Shown in pieces: positions 31,227 through 42,279 of a DNA stretch of 64,000 bases. Under the pieces are notes generated by a model. That model saw only the letters and a program-made list of their open reading frames with translations, made no database searches and had not been told where the DNA came from. The stretch is from Limnothrix sp. BL-A-16 (GTDB lineage: Bacteria; Cyanobacteriota; Cyanobacteriia; CACIAM-69d), in NCBI GenBank assembly GCA_041937175.2, contig CP166615.1:3776001-3840000 (forward strand), written 5' to 3'. Each line of letters opens with the position of its first letter. Positions within the stretch are counted from its first letter, which is position 1. The translations under genes were made by a program, and so were the position numbers.

Positions 31227-31274
31227 TACGGCCGCACGCCCCTAATGTACAAACTTGCGATCAGGAACAATGCC

Positions 31275-31649
31275 ATGATTCCCGGTGAATTGATTGTTGA
31301 ACCCGGCGAAATTGAATTGAATGTGGGTCGATCGCCCGTGACGATCACGGTGGAAAACCGGGGCGATCGGCCGATTCAAGTTGGCTCCCATTTTCATTTT
31401 TTTGAAGTGAATGAAGCCCTCGTGTTCGATCGCGCGGCGGCTCGGGGAACCCATTTGGATATTCCCTCGGGAACGGCAGTTCGGTTTGAACCGGGCGATG
31501 AGAAAACGGTGACGCTGATTCCTTTTGCCGGAACCCGGGAAATTTACGGGTTTAATGCACTGGTAGAAGGGCCACTGGAGGGCAATCAGCCCAGCAAGAA
31601 GTCAAAGGAAAAAGCCGAGAAGAAAGCCGAGAAAAAATCCCGAAAATAA
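31275..31649 (+). CDS. ureB: Urease subunit beta
   Basis: [29 protein letters not shown]. Confidence 0.97.
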   Translation: MIPGELIVEPGEIELNVGRSPVTITVENRGDRPIQVGSHFHFFEVNEALVFDRAAARGTHLDIPSGTAVRFEPGDEKTVTLIPFAGTREIYGFNALVEGPLEGNQPSKKSKEKAEKKAEKKSRK

Positions 31650-31838
31650 CGTCAGACCGAGACAGATTACAGGACTGAATGTAGTAACGGATCGAGGTTT
31701 GGTGGGTCTCAAATGCTCCTAATTCTTCGCTGGAGCCTGTAGCGTAGACTTCTAGCCTGTCATTAACTAAACCCGATCAAACGGTCAAAATGACCGCGCT
31801 GCTGATCACCTAGCTGACAATATTTGTAGGAGGTTGGT

Positions 31839-32066
31839 ATGTCAACGGAACCCAGTTTGCAAGGCATTGCTGAAAAGCTTGATGCACTCTCTGATGAGTT
31901 AACAAAAGCAAATGTTCGGTTGGAAGAAACGAACATGCGACTCGATCGCAGTGATGAGCGGTTTGAAGTTTATCAAAAAGCAACGCAATGGGTTGTGCAA
32001 CTGGCCTTTGGGTTAATTGCTAGCGCCACGGTGACGATTTTGATTACTTCGATCGTGCGGCGATAG
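31839..32066 (+). CDS. Small coiled-coil protein with a C-terminal TM helix
   Basis: AGGAGG Shine-Dalgarno before the ATG; heptad pattern followed by a hydrophobic segment. Confidence 0.75.
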   Translation: MSTEPSLQGIAEKLDALSDELTKANVRLEETNMRLDRSDERFEVYQKATQWVVQLAFGLIASATVTILITSIVRR

Positions 32067-32152
32067 ATCAACAATGACGATGCCATTGATCGGCTGGCAA
32101 TGGTTATTTGACCACTTCCTTATCAGGGAAATTCCACTCAGAGGTATTGAAA

Positions 32153-33862
32153 ATGCCCTACAGAATCGATCGCCACACCTATGCTGAAACCTATGGGCCA
32201 ACGACGGGCGATCGCCTGCGATTGGCCGACACGGAATTGCTGATTGAAGTCGAAAAAGACCTGACGGTTTATGGCGATGAAGTGAAATTTGGTGGCGGCA
32301 AAACGATTCGGGATGGGATGGGTCAATCGCCGATTACTAATAGTAACGGTGCGATGGATACGGTGATTACCAATGCCGTGATCCTCGATTGGTGGGGCGT
32401 AATCAAAGCTGATATTGGCATCAAAAACGGCAAAATCGCGGCGATCGGGAAGGCCGGTAACCCCTACACCCAAGCGGGCGTAGACATCATCATCGGCCCC
32501 GGCACGGAAATCATTGCGGGCGAAGGGGCGATCGTCACGGCCGGCGGCATTGACACCCACATCCATTTCATCTGTCCCCAACAAATCGAAACGGCCCTAG
32601 CCGCCGGGATTACCACGATGATCGGCGGTGGCACGGGCCCCGCCGCTGGCACCAACGCCACCACCTGCACCCCCGGCCCCTGGCACATGGCCCGGATGTT
32701 GGAAGCGGCGGAAGCTTTCCCGATGAATTTGGGCTTTTTGGGTAAGGGCAACAGCGGTCAACCAGAGGGGCTGATTGAACAGGTGAAGGCCGGGGCGATC
32801 GGGCTGAAGCTGCATGAAGACTGGGGCACCACACCCGCCGCGATCGATACCTGCCTGAGCGTCGCTGAAGACTATGACATCCAGGTGGCGATCCACTCGG
32901 ACACCTTAAACGAAGGGGGATTCGTGGAAGCAACCGTGGCCGCCTTCAAGGGCCGCACGATCCACACCTTCCACACCGAAGGCGCGGGCGGCGGCCATGC
33001 GCCGGACATCATCAAGGTCTGCGGCTTGCCCAACGTGCTGCCTTCCTCGACGAATCCGACGCGCCCCTACACGGTGAACACGATCGAGGAGCACCTCGAT
33101 ATGTTGATGGTCTGCCACCACCTCGATCGGGCGATTCCCGAGGATGTGGCTTTCGCCGAGTCGCGGATTCGCCGGGAAACGATCGCCGCCGAAGACATCC
33201 TGCACGACCTGGGGGCGATCGCCATGATGTCGTCGGATTCCCAAGCCATGGGCCGGATTGGCGAAAGCATCATCCGCACCTGGCAAACGGCCCACAAGAT
33301 GAAGGTGCAGCGCGGCTCCCTGCCCCAAGACCCGGCCCGCCACGACAACACCCGCGCCAAACGCTACATCGCCAAATACACGATCAACCCGGCGATCGCC
33401 CACGGGATCGCCAACCATGTGGGGTCGATCGAACCGGGCAAACTGGCGGATCTGTGCCTTTGGAAACCGGCATTTTTTGGCGTGAAACCGGAACTCGTGA
33501 TCAAGGGCGGGGCGATCGCCTGGGCCCAAATGGGCGATGCCAACGCCAGCATTCCCACGCCGCAACCGGTGCATGGCCGTCCGATGTTCGCCAGCTTCGG
33601 TAAAGTGATCCACAGCACCAGCCTCACGTTCGTCTCGAAAGCCGCCCTCAAGGCCGGGGTTCCCGAAAAACTCGGTCTCCAGCGACAGGTTGTGGCCGTG
33701 TCGGGGATTCGATCGATCCGCAAATCCGACATGAAACTGAACGATGCTTGCCCGACGATCGAGGTGGATCCGCAAACCTACGAAGTGTTTGCCGACGGTC
33801 AATTATTAACCTGTGAACCCGCCGCCATTCTGCCCATGGCCCAGCGATATTTCCTGTTCTAG
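32153..33862 (+). CDS. ureC: Urease subunit alpha
   Basis: [45 protein letters not shown]. Confidence 0.98.
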   Translation: MPYRIDRHTYAETYGPTTGDRLRLADTELLIEVEKDLTVYGDEVKFGGGKTIRDGMGQSPITNSNGAMDTVITNAVILDWWGVIKADIGIKNGKIAAIGKAGNPYTQAGVDIIIGPGTEIIAGEGAIVTAGGIDTHIHFICPQQIETALAAGITTMIGGGTGPAAGTNATTCTPGPWHMARMLEAAEAFPMNLGFLGKGNSGQPEGLIEQVKAGAIGLKLHEDWGTTPAAIDTCLSVAEDYDIQVAIHSDTLNEGGFVEATVAAFKGRTIHTFHTEGAGGGHAPDIIKVCGLPNVLPSSTNPTRPYTVNTIEEHLDMLMVCHHLDRAIPEDVAFAESRIRRETIAAEDILHDLGAIAMMSSDSQAMGRIGESIIRTWQTAHKMKVQRGSLPQDPARHDNTRAKRYIAKYTINPAIAHGIANHVGSIEPGKLADLCLWKPAFFGVKPELVIKGGAIAWAQMGDANASIPTPQPVHGRPMFASFGKVIHSTSLTFVSKAALKAGVPEKLGLQRQVVAVSGIRSIRKSDMKLNDACPTIEVDPQTYEVFADGQLLTCEPAAILPMAQRYFLF

Positions 33863-34169
33863 CCTGTTCTAGATCGCTTGAGGGATGGCCGTTTGCTTCA
33901 GAGGCCGGTTTGGGATGCTCGGTTGAACCCGCTGGCCCCGTCGGGCGATTGTTTGATTTCTGTACGAATTTTTGCTAAATTGGAGAAGCTCTTTCGTCTT
34001 GAGGGTTTTCGGGATGGCCGCCGCCTCCGTTGCGACTCCAGTTCCTCCTACAATAGAAGCCGCTTCGATCGCTCCCCTAGCAGGCACCCCGGCCGATCAG
34101 GGCTTGCCGGAGCCGGCCACGGTGCGATCGGGCAGTAAATCTTCCATCACCGTTGACCCCCAGGCGACT

Positions 34170-35369
34170 ATGGCTTCCAACGCATCCGCAAATTCTGACC
34201 CCACGGCGAAGACGGCCACCGCCAAGGAATCCGCCAGCAGCGCCAAAGGATCCAAGGACGCTAAGGAATCGGCTAAGGAATCGGCCAAAGAGAGCGCCGC
34301 CAAAGAAGGGCCCACCAAGGAAATTAGCAAGGAAAAGGAAAAAGCCCTGGGGCTGGTGGTTCAGCAAATTGAACGCAGCTTTGGCAAAGGGGCGATCGTC
34401 CGGTTGGGAGATGCGGCCCGAATGCGGGTGGAAACCATCCCCAGCGGGGCCTTGACCTTGGATTTGGCCCTGGGCGGTGGCATTCCCAAGGGCCGCGTGG
34501 TGGAAATTTATGGCCCTGAAAGTTCCGGGAAAACGACCCTAGCACTCCATGCGATCGCGGAGGTGCAGCGATCGGGCGGCATTGCGGCCTTTGTGGATGC
34601 AGAACACGCCTTGGATCCGGTTTATGCCAAGGCCCTTGGGGTGGATATTGATAATCTGCTGGTTTCCCAACCGGACACGGGGGAAATGGGTCTGGAGGTG
34701 GTGGATCAACTGGTGCGATCGGGGGCGATCGATCTGGTGGTGGTGGACTCGGTGGCCGCCTTGGTTCCCCGATCGGAAATTGAAGGAGAAATGGGCGCGG
34801 CCCAAGTGGGCAGCCAAGCCCGCCTCATGAGCCATGCCCTGCGGCGCATCACCGGCAACATCGGAAAATCAGGATGCACGGTGATTTTCCTGAACCAATT
34901 GCGCCAAAAAATTGGAGTCACCTACGGCAGCCCGGAAACCACCACGGGCGGAAATGCCCTCAAGTTCTATGCATCGGTGCGCTTGGACATTCGCCGCATT
35001 CAAACCCTGAAGAAGGGAACTGAAGAATTTGGGATTCGGGCCAAGGTCAAAGTCGCCAAAAACAAAGTCGCACCGCCGTTCCGGATCGCAGAATTTGACA
35101 TCATCTTTGGCGAAGGCATTTCCTCGATCGGCTGCTTAGTGGACTTGGCTGAATCCACCGGAATTTTGGTGCGCAAGGGAGCTTGGTATAGCTACAAGGG
35201 CGAAAACATCAGCCAAGGGCGTGACAACGCTATTCAATACCTGAAGGAAAATCCGGCGATCGCGGCAGAAATGGAGTTGGCCGTGCGCCAAAAGCTGGAA
35301 GAAGCGGGGGCAATTACTGGGGGATCCACTGACGATTTGGATGAAGCAGATCTGAGCGAAGCGTTCTAG
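34170..35369 (+). CDS. recA: Recombinase RecA with a low-complexity N-terminal extension
   Basis: [39 protein letters not shown] -10-like box at 34049 favours the 34170 start. Confidence 0.97.
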   Translation: MASNASANSDPTAKTATAKESASSAKGSKDAKESAKESAKESAAKEGPTKEISKEKEKALGLVVQQIERSFGKGAIVRLGDAARMRVETIPSGALTLDLALGGGIPKGRVVEIYGPESSGKTTLALHAIAEVQRSGGIAAFVDAEHALDPVYAKALGVDIDNLLVSQPDTGEMGLEVVDQLVRSGAIDLVVVDSVAALVPRSEIEGEMGAAQVGSQARLMSHALRRITGNIGKSGCTVIFLNQLRQKIGVTYGSPETTTGGNALKFYASVRLDIRRIQTLKKGTEEFGIRAKVKVAKNKVAPPFRIAEFDIIFGEGISSIGCLVDLAESTGILVRKGAWYSYKGENISQGRDNAIQYLKENPAIAAEMELAVRQKLEEAGAITGGSTDDLDEADLSEAF

Positions 35370-35617
35370 GACAAATCTCGGGACACTCAAAATTTGGGGA
35401 CACTCGATCGAGCGGAATCGACAAGTCGAGCTGAGTTAAACCCAACCAGACCAAACCCTAAACAGCGGTAACCCCAATCATCAGTTAAGCGGCCAGCTCC
35501 CTCATTCAGTTGGGGAGGTGGCTGTTTTGGTCAGCTTTGTAGTTTGGGCTAGCGGCTGGGTTGAGGGCCTGGGGGACAAAATCCCGGGGATTGAATCCCT
35601 GAACTGAGACCGAGAGC

Positions 35618-35884
35618 CTAGGCGTAGGATAAATCGCGGGTGGTGCAGGCCGGGGTGATTGAGTCAGCCACCGCCGCGATCGTGAAATTTTGCTGACCCA
35701 ATAACCGTTCACGGGACTCTTGGCGCAAGCTGCCTGACAAAAACGCCCGCTGAAGGGCCATAAACGCCTCGAAGTCATCGGGGCCATATTTCCCGCGCAT
35801 CAGTTGGCGCAGGGCTTCTTCTGCCTCGATCGACAGGTATTGATCAGCTAACGCTTCGGACACAATCTCGCGAATGGAAGTCAT
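35618..35884 (-). CDS. Conserved small cyanobacterial hypothetical protein
   Basis: IREIV..AL...YLSIEAEE.LR.L...Y...DF.AFM.LQ.A...G...QESRE pattern. Confidence 0.75.
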   Translation of the reverse strand: MTSIREIVSEALADQYLSIEAEEALRQLMRGKYGPDDFEAFMALQRAFLSGSLRQESRERLLGQQNFTIAAVADSITPACTTRDLSYA

Positions 35885-36892
35885 GTTGCTTTGAGACCTA
35901 CTCAACGACTGCAAGGATCTGGGAAGTTTCCGGTTGCCACAGTTTTTAGTATCGGGGGAAAGCCTAATCAGCGAAGTGACCGATCGCTGACCCCGCATGG
36001 ATCTTGAGCGTCATCCCCTGAGATCAAAACAGGGCTTGGGTGCGATCGCCGTCACAGGGTGAGACCCCCTCCCCCAATGGACTGACCAGCCCGTGAATTC
36101 AGCTAGGCTGGCATTCAGTCACGGCCGATCGAGACCCATCGAAACCAAAGCCCACAACCAAGACTGATGCTAGGTTGCTGGTTTGTGGAGTGATTGAGCG
36201 AGCGTGCATCTAAGGCCCATGGCTGAGTGCGCTCCTGACCGCAGCCATGAGCCTTGATTCCCGTGCCGAGGGCCAGAGGGTCGATCGCGATCGCAGCCTT
36301 GTTTCAACAACGGCTCAGGTTCCGGAGCGAAGCCTTTTCTCCGCCCAACTTGCGCAACCGGTAACAATTACGGACGAAAACAGGAAGGAAAACGACGCAG
36401 GGAGACTAAGGAGAACCTAATTGAGATGCGTAGAAGCTAAGAGTCGATCGAGTAGTGGCAAGGCAAGAGAGAGTGCTCAAGGCTGAGGAAAGTGAAAAAA
36501 ACAGCAATCAACCGTTTTTCAAGTTGATTTAGGCAAATTCCTCAAATTTTTTGCCAAATTTGCTGAACCCTGACGAACTGTGTTCCCAAAAAGTTTCTTA
36601 GGAAAAAGTTCCTTGGGCAGTGCAACTTAATCGGGTCGCCATGGAAATGGTAGCAATCGAGCGCAATCGTCGGATCTCAGTTTAGCGACCCGTTTCCGGA
36701 TTTGGGTGTGGTGATCATCACTTTTTGGCGGGTTTTGTCTGGCGGGGTCTGGCTGAGCCGGGTGAATGGAGACCTGGGCGGGGCGATCGCCTAAACATCG
36801 CTTCGGGCTTGGCGCATGGGGAGCAATGGCTAGCTGTTGCCATGGATTGGCAAGGGCTGGCGGTTTTTGCGGCTCAAGGCCGGGGTTGGGGG

Positions 36893-38341
36893 CTAAAGAG
36901 CGCACCGATAGGCCAATGCGGCGGCGGTGGCATTGTTGGAGCCGATCGCCAAGTCACCAATCAAGCGCCAAAGATCGGGGCGGTGGGGCAAGGCCAAGCC
37001 GCCCACCGGGGGATGATGCAGCCGATCGAGCCAAACGGCCATGGCTTGCGACATTCCCTGTTGTTTCCCCTGTTCTTCCAAAATGGTCAAAAGATTCGCA
37101 ATGGGTTCGTGCCAGTAGGTATCCTTTTCCAGGGCTTGCAGATAGGCCACCAGGGGTTCCAAGTCGTAGCCAGTGCCGATGGGTACGGTTTTGAGGGCAA
37201 AGCCAGGGTGACTGTGGCCAAAGACCTGTACTAGCGATCGGGTCAAGGGCCCATAGTGCGCCAAGTCTTGATCACTAAACTCCGGCTGGCGCTGGGCCCA
37301 AATTTCCGCCAGGGTGAGATAGGGAGCCGCCACTTGGGGAGCCAACCCGATCGCCCGTTCGCAGAGTTGCTGGGCCGCGTCCCATTGGTGCGATCGCGCC
37401 AAGGCCCAAGCCAAGGCATCCAAGAGCAGCGGATCCGTTGTGGCCTCGGCCGCCCGTTGCCAGGGAGCTGTGAGGGGTTGCCAATCGCGAACTTTGCGCA
37501 AAAAAAGCTGATAGCCGCTGAAAACCACCTCAAAACAGTGGGTAAACAGCAACATAAACAAATCCACACCGAATTGTGGGCAATCCTCCGGCAACCCCAC
37601 ATAGCGATAATCATCAATCACCACCAGCCCACCCACCTTTACCAGGGGCCAGGTCATGACAGCATCGCGAAAGGCCACCCAAGGCGCATGGCAACCGTCG
37701 ATGTAGGCTAAATCGTAGTGATCAACCGGCAGTTGGGCCAGGGCTTCCCAAGAGAGCTGAGACAGAAGGGTGACCTGCGGGGCCCGACCGGTGCGATCGA
37801 GATTGTCCCGCAGGCTGGGACGAATTTCCGGTTCAATGCAGGTGAGCCTTGCTTCGGGATTCAGCAGGACGCGATCGAGCAGCCAGCAGGCAGACATCCC
37901 TTCAAAGCTGCCAATTTCCAAAGCCTGGATCGGCCCCCGATCGGCCAAGGGCTGCACCCAGTTCACCCAGTTGGGCAATTGATTGGAAAACCAGTCTCGG
38001 GAAAACCAATAGCCCCGATCGCCACTTTCGGGCCAGTTCCGCAGGCGATGGGCCTTGGCAAAGCAGGTTTGCGCCTCTGGAAGCTGATCACGACTGACCA
38101 ACAGGGTTCCCAAATCCGTCCAGGCCTCGGGCATGGTGGGGTGTTGTCGGGTGAGGCGACGCAGCAGGGTTTCCGCCCAATCCCACTGGCCCGCCTGCTG
38201 GAACAGTTCGCCCCAACGGCGATGTTCTTGGGGTTTTAGGAAGTCGGTGGCCTGCAAATACAACTGACCGGCGCGATCGACCTGGCCCGCTGCGATCGCC
38301 GCTTGGGCCTGCTCAAAGCAAGAAACAACAAAATCCGTCAT
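36893..38341 (-). CDS. TPR-containing class I SAM-dependent methyltransferase (Methyltransf_24-like)
   Basis: LEIGSFEGMSA, YIDGCH, GGLVVIDDY; TPR-like helices on both sides. Confidence 0.85.
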   Translation of the reverse strand: MTDFVVSCFEQAQAAIAAGQVDRAGQLYLQATDFLKPQEHRRWGELFQQAGQWDWAETLLRRLTRQHPTMPEAWTDLGTLLVSRDQLPEAQTCFAKAHRLRNWPESGDRGYWFSRDWFSNQLPNWVNWVQPLADRGPIQALEIGSFEGMSACWLLDRVLLNPEARLTCIEPEIRPSLRDNLDRTGRAPQVTLLSQLSWEALAQLPVDHYDLAYIDGCHAPWVAFRDAVMTWPLVKVGGLVVIDDYRYVGLPEDCPQFGVDLFMLLFTHCFEVVFSGYQLFLRKVRDWQPLTAPWQRAAEATTDPLLLDALAWALARSHQWDAAQQLCERAIGLAPQVAAPYLTLAEIWAQRQPEFSDQDLAHYGPLTRSLVQVFGHSHPGFALKTVPIGTGYDLEPLVAYLQALEKDTYWHEPIANLLTILEEQGKQQGMSQAMAVWLDRLHHPPVGGLALPHRPDLWRLIGDLAIGSNNATAAALAYRCAL

Positions 38342-38381
38342 GGGAAACCATCCGTAAAAACCGCGAGCCAGAGATAGCAAA

Positions 38382-38404
38382 ACTGGCATTGCAGCAATGC
38401 CAGT
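38382..38404. repeat. Perfect inverted repeat between the EndoU and methyltransferase genes
   Basis: ACTGGCATTGC-A-GCAATGCCAGT. Confidence 0.6.
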
Positions 38405-38493
38405 GCTGTACTGTCAGTGCTGCAATGCGAATCATCATGCTCCCGGGAAATGATCAGGCTTCCGGAGAATCATGATGCTCCCGGGCCTGTAAC

Positions 38494-39231
38494 CTAGCGC
38501 AGGGGAAAAGCCGTGTTGATTTGATTGCGCCCCCGCACAAATGCCCCTGCAATTACAAACCGCTGCCCATCGTTGGCCTCGCAAAACCGGCTGGCTTGGG
38601 CGATCGGGGAATTTTCCGCCGCCGAAGGATCCTTAGGAAGCGCCAAGGCGGTTGCCCCAGGCGCAGCGGGCATGAGTTGAGTAACCGGCGCAACGGCCGC
38701 TTGGGCCGAGGTCGATCGGTTGCCAGGCCGGTTATAACCGCACCAAGCCCAATCGGGCGCGCCCCCTGGGCAACTAATTTGATTACGAGCCGCATAGCGG
38801 ATCGATTCCAACACCTGGGCTTGGGAGCAGCGATCGGGAAACATCGTAGAAAACTTTTCCCGACTGGGATCGGCCCCATGGCTCCAGCGCACCCCATAGA
38901 TCCCTCGCCGGTTGGGGGGTTGGGTCACTTGAAACCGGGCCACCGTGCGGGGATTGGTGCCGCCCGGTCGGGAATGGAACCCCTTGGGCCGACCGTTGCT
39001 AAATTCACCACAAAAAATATGGGGTTGGTTCACCTGGGGGCCGCTGGCAAAGTTGCTCCAATGGGGCAGGCGATCGCAGTTCACCAGCTTGGGGGCTGCG
39101 GTTTGGCCCTCGGGAACCGCCAGCGCCAGGGCCACAATGCCCGCCAACACCAGACTCCAGCGCGATCGCCTGCGGTAAGCCGGGGAGGAGGCAGTTTTCC
39201 CGATCGTTGGCTGATTCAACGGCTGAGTCAT
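38494..39231 (-). CDS. Secreted bacterial EndoU-domain nuclease
   Basis: HIFCGE...KGFH, STMFP, C-terminal INTAFP; Arg-rich N-region followed by a hydrophobic signal. Confidence 0.8.
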   Translation of the reverse strand: MTQPLNQPTIGKTASSPAYRRRSRWSLVLAGIVALALAVPEGQTAAPKLVNCDRLPHWSNFASGPQVNQPHIFCGEFSNGRPKGFHSRPGGTNPRTVARFQVTQPPNRRGIYGVRWSHGADPSREKFSTMFPDRCSQAQVLESIRYAARNQISCPGGAPDWAWCGYNRPGNRSTSAQAAVAPVTQLMPAAPGATALALPKDPSAAENSPIAQASRFCEANDGQRFVIAGAFVRGRNQINTAFPLR

Positions 39232-39740
39232 GTTGGTGTTGTCTGTGTTGTCTGTATTGATTGTTGGTGTGGTTGCTATGCCGGTGACTGTTTTTCGCTG
39301 GACTTGTGCCGAATTTTCGGCCGGGTTTCGACGGGTTCCCGCTGCGCTTCTGCTCTGTTATTGCCGTCTTTGTGCTGCTTTCCTGACTTTTGCCATATTT
39401 CTATTTCGCTTTTCTATCTGGCCCCATGGCTGAATGTTGAGGGTGGTGTTCAAGATTTTCAAGCGATCGAGGTTTCAAGCCATGATCTTTGGCATCTTTG
39501 AGATGGCTAATTCCTCGGGGCCAACGCTCTGTTCACCAATTACTCATCAACTATTGGAGCGTTCTCGGGGCCAGGCGTTCAGAATTTTGGGCCCGATCAG
39601 CATCACGATCGGTGTTTTCGATATTTTTCGATATTTATCGAAAAACGAGGAGTCATCGGTTCGGGGCAAGATTTCCAGCCGTTGATTAACCCCTTGCTCA
39701 ACCAGCTCTTGCTACACAAGCTAAAGACCCGAACAGAGGA

Positions 39741-39813
39741 CGGGTGCGGCAGGACTCGAACCTGCGACCGGCCGCTTAGAAGGCGGCTGCTCTATCCACT
39801 GAGCTACGCACCC
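39741..39813 (-). tRNA. trnR: tRNA-Arg(UCU)
   Basis: GGGTGCGTAGCTCAGTGGATAGAGCAGCCGCCTTCTAAGCGGCCGGTCGCAGGTTCGAGTCCTGCCGCACCCG; TCT anticodon. Confidence 0.97.
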
Positions 39814-40420
39814 AGACTGAGATTTGTAGAGAGTTCCGTGAAAATTCCCACACGTGATCCGGGGAAAATTCATCGACGGAAGTTCCCAGGGCCTTGAGAA
39901 AACCATTGCTTCTCCTGATTGCAGCAGTTCGCCAACGAATGCTGTCATCAGGGCGCTTCCGGCTCGATCGCGGCGGTGTGGGTTTCATCCGCGACTCAGG
40001 ATGACACGCCCGGACTGGCCGCCTTTCAAGGTTTACGAATTGTATCGAGTTAACCTAACCCCAAGCAAGGCCGTTGAGGAGGTTGATGGGAGTGATCAAC
40101 CCACCCTCAGAACATCCATTCAGAGGCAATTCCGCCAAGAGCCAGTTTTTAGAAGGTCGCGGGGTACACTTGAGAGACCAAAGTTGATTTTCGACCCTAG
40201 ATCCCCCAATAGCTCTACGCTAAGGGCCCTGGGCTAGAATGATGCCCAGCGCAGGCTCAGTTCACCGGTTGGGAAAGCTGTCTATGCAGCCCTCACGACC
40301 CTGCTGGGGCTAGCTTCTGGAGCAGCTCTGGTTGATCGACTGCATGAGTTCAAGCTAGATCGGCCCTGTGGCCTCTGGTTTGAATGGCGTAGCTCCAAGC
40401 ATGAGTTCTTTGAATAACGC

Positions 40421-41089
40421 ATGTTTATTCTGAAGCGGCAAGACGTGGACATTTCCAACGTCCGGCATCCCGAAAAAGATCAGCAAATTCCGATCCTGAG
40501 CTATCAGGGTCAAACATTCACGTTGCTGAATGTCTTTGGCGCAAATCAGGCGGAAGAGGCGCGGGCCTTGTGGCGAGATCTGACGGATAACCGAGGGAAA
40601 GCTTGCGTCCTGCTGGAAGAGCCGGATCGGTTCAGTGTGTGGGGCAAGGTGCGGCTCGATCGCCTGGGAGTAGCGGATGCTGGCGCAGGCGACAGTGGGG
40701 CGGCGAAATCGTCCTATGTGCTGGCGGGGATGCTGCTGCTCCAGGCGGTGTACTTCGATATTGAAGATTTGCTGGGAGAACGCCAGGGCGCGAAGTTTCG
40801 CCAGGAAATTGGCGAGGTGTTCAAGCGGCTCCAGTTTCCAGGGCTGGACAACCAGGCAGCCGTGAGCAACATTTTGGAAGTGAACCCCTTTGAAACGGCC
40901 TTGCCGCCCTGGCAAGAATTGCAAATCGTGGGGTTGCTACAGGAACTGCACACGCTGGGTAAAGGCTATTTTGGCAATACCAATTTCACCAGCCGAGCGT
41001 TTGATGCGTTGCAGGAGATGGATGCGGGCGAGCGTTCGGAATTTATGGACTGGCTGGGGCGATCGCCCGCGGCCAAGCTCTGGCGCTAG
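40421..41089 (+). CDS. Npun_F0813-like conserved cyanobacterial protein
   Basis: MFILKRQDV.I..PILSYQGQTF..ARALWRDLTDNRGKACVLLEEP. Confidence 0.82.
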   Translation: MFILKRQDVDISNVRHPEKDQQIPILSYQGQTFTLLNVFGANQAEEARALWRDLTDNRGKACVLLEEPDRFSVWGKVRLDRLGVADAGAGDSGAAKSSYVLAGMLLLQAVYFDIEDLLGERQGAKFRQEIGEVFKRLQFPGLDNQAAVSNILEVNPFETALPPWQELQIVGLLQELHTLGKGYFGNTNFTSRAFDALQEMDAGERSEFMDWLGRSPAAKLWR

Positions 41090-41273
41090 CCTTGGGCGGC
41101 GCTAAACCGAATGGCCATGGCCGTCTGGGGCAATGGGGGCGATCGAATGCCCAACTGCAATCGACGGCTCCAAGCTCAGGGATGTTGGGCGATCCATCCC
41201 CGATCTGCGGTGGTCTGTATCCCTCATGAGATCGTCACCTCCTGGTTTTTAGAACCTTTTGAAGCCAACCCCT

Positions 41274-42185
41274 ATGACTAAGACTGCGAGCGAATCGCCA
41301 AAACTGTTTTCATCGCGCAACCTAATTATCGGGGCTGTTTCTTGGTCTCTGGTTGCCTTGGCGGTGTTTCTGTTTTTCAGTGTGACTCCGTCGGGGGAAA
41401 CCCTACCCCAGTGGTACAGCATTGCCACTTCAGTGTTGGAAACAACGTCCTATCTGTGGGCGGCGCTGGTGTGCTTTCGGAACTGGCGCAGCAACCAAAT
41501 CCTCAGTGGCCGGACGGTTTGGTTACTGATTGGGTTGGGAATGCTTTGCTATGGCTTGGGCAACTTACTGTTTAGCTATTGGGAAATTGGTCTGGGGATT
41601 GAGCCGGATGTGAGTCCCGGTGACCTGTTCTACATTGTGACCTATGCGTCGCTGGCGATCGGGCTGTTGTTGGCGGTGTTACCCCGGCGTTTGAATTTGG
41701 AACTGTGGCAGTGGCTGACGATCGGGGGCATCGGTCTGGCAGGTACTGCCTTTGCCTTCTCGCCGTTGGTTTTGGGGGAGGCCGCTTGCCCGGAACGCAC
41801 CGCCGAGGCCGTGGCCAATGTGCCGGCCTGGGCTGAACAGATTCAAGGGGCCCTCACGCCAATTTCAGACTATATTTTGCCGGTCTATACCGTTGGCGAT
41901 ATTGTGCTGCTGGTGTTGGCTTCGGCGCTGTTGTTGGCCTTTTGGGGCGGGCGATCGGCCCAATCTTGGCGGATGATTGCGGCGGCCTCCATTTCGCTTT
42001 ACATTGCGGATATGTGGTTCAAGTACGCCACGGCCAACATTTGCAACTATGAAAGCGGTAGTTTGCTGGAGGTGTTCTGGATCTTCAGCGGCGTGCTGTT
42101 TGGCATCGGTGCCGTGTTGGAGTACGATCTTTCGACGCGATCGCGCCGTAGTGCCCGTCGGCGCTCATCGGGAGCGGCTAACTAG
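41274..42185 (+). CDS. Multi-pass membrane protein, hypothetical
   Basis: About 8 hydrophobic segments; PDVSPGDLFY motif typical of cyanobacterial membrane proteins. Confidence 0.8.
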   Translation: MTKTASESPKLFSSRNLIIGAVSWSLVALAVFLFFSVTPSGETLPQWYSIATSVLETTSYLWAALVCFRNWRSNQILSGRTVWLLIGLGMLCYGLGNLLFSYWEIGLGIEPDVSPGDLFYIVTYASLAIGLLLAVLPRRLNLELWQWLTIGGIGLAGTAFAFSPLVLGEAACPERTAEAVANVPAWAEQIQGALTPISDYILPVYTVGDIVLLVLASALLLAFWGGRSAQSWRMIAAASISLYIADMWFKYATANICNYESGSLLEVFWIFSGVLFGIGAVLEYDLSTRSRRSARRRSSGAAN

Positions 42186-42279
42186 GGTTCAAGGTTGTCG
42201 CTGGCCCCGGGCGGTGGCGACCATCCTTTGGAAGCCCTGAACTGTCCGCAGGCATTTGCACAATTCCCCAGGTTTGGGC

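Noticed and set aside
29779..33862. Absence of ureE/F/G as an anomaly
   Set aside because: Scattered urease accessory genes are common in cyanobacteria
33955..33980. LexA box upstream of recA
   Set aside because: TGTACGAATTTTTG matches only half of the cyanobacterial RGTAC-N3-DGTWC consensus
33972..34169. Longer RecA starts at 33972 or 34014
   Set aside because: A TACAAT -10-like element at 34049 lies inside this stretch, so it is probably promoter/UTR
38521..39501. 326-aa plus-strand ORF
   Set aside because: Overlaps the EndoU gene on the opposite strand and has a non-protein-like composition
39741..39813. tRNA-anchored integrative element (Arg-UCU or Ala-UGC)
   Set aside because: No duplicated tRNA 3' end and no integrase seen in the window
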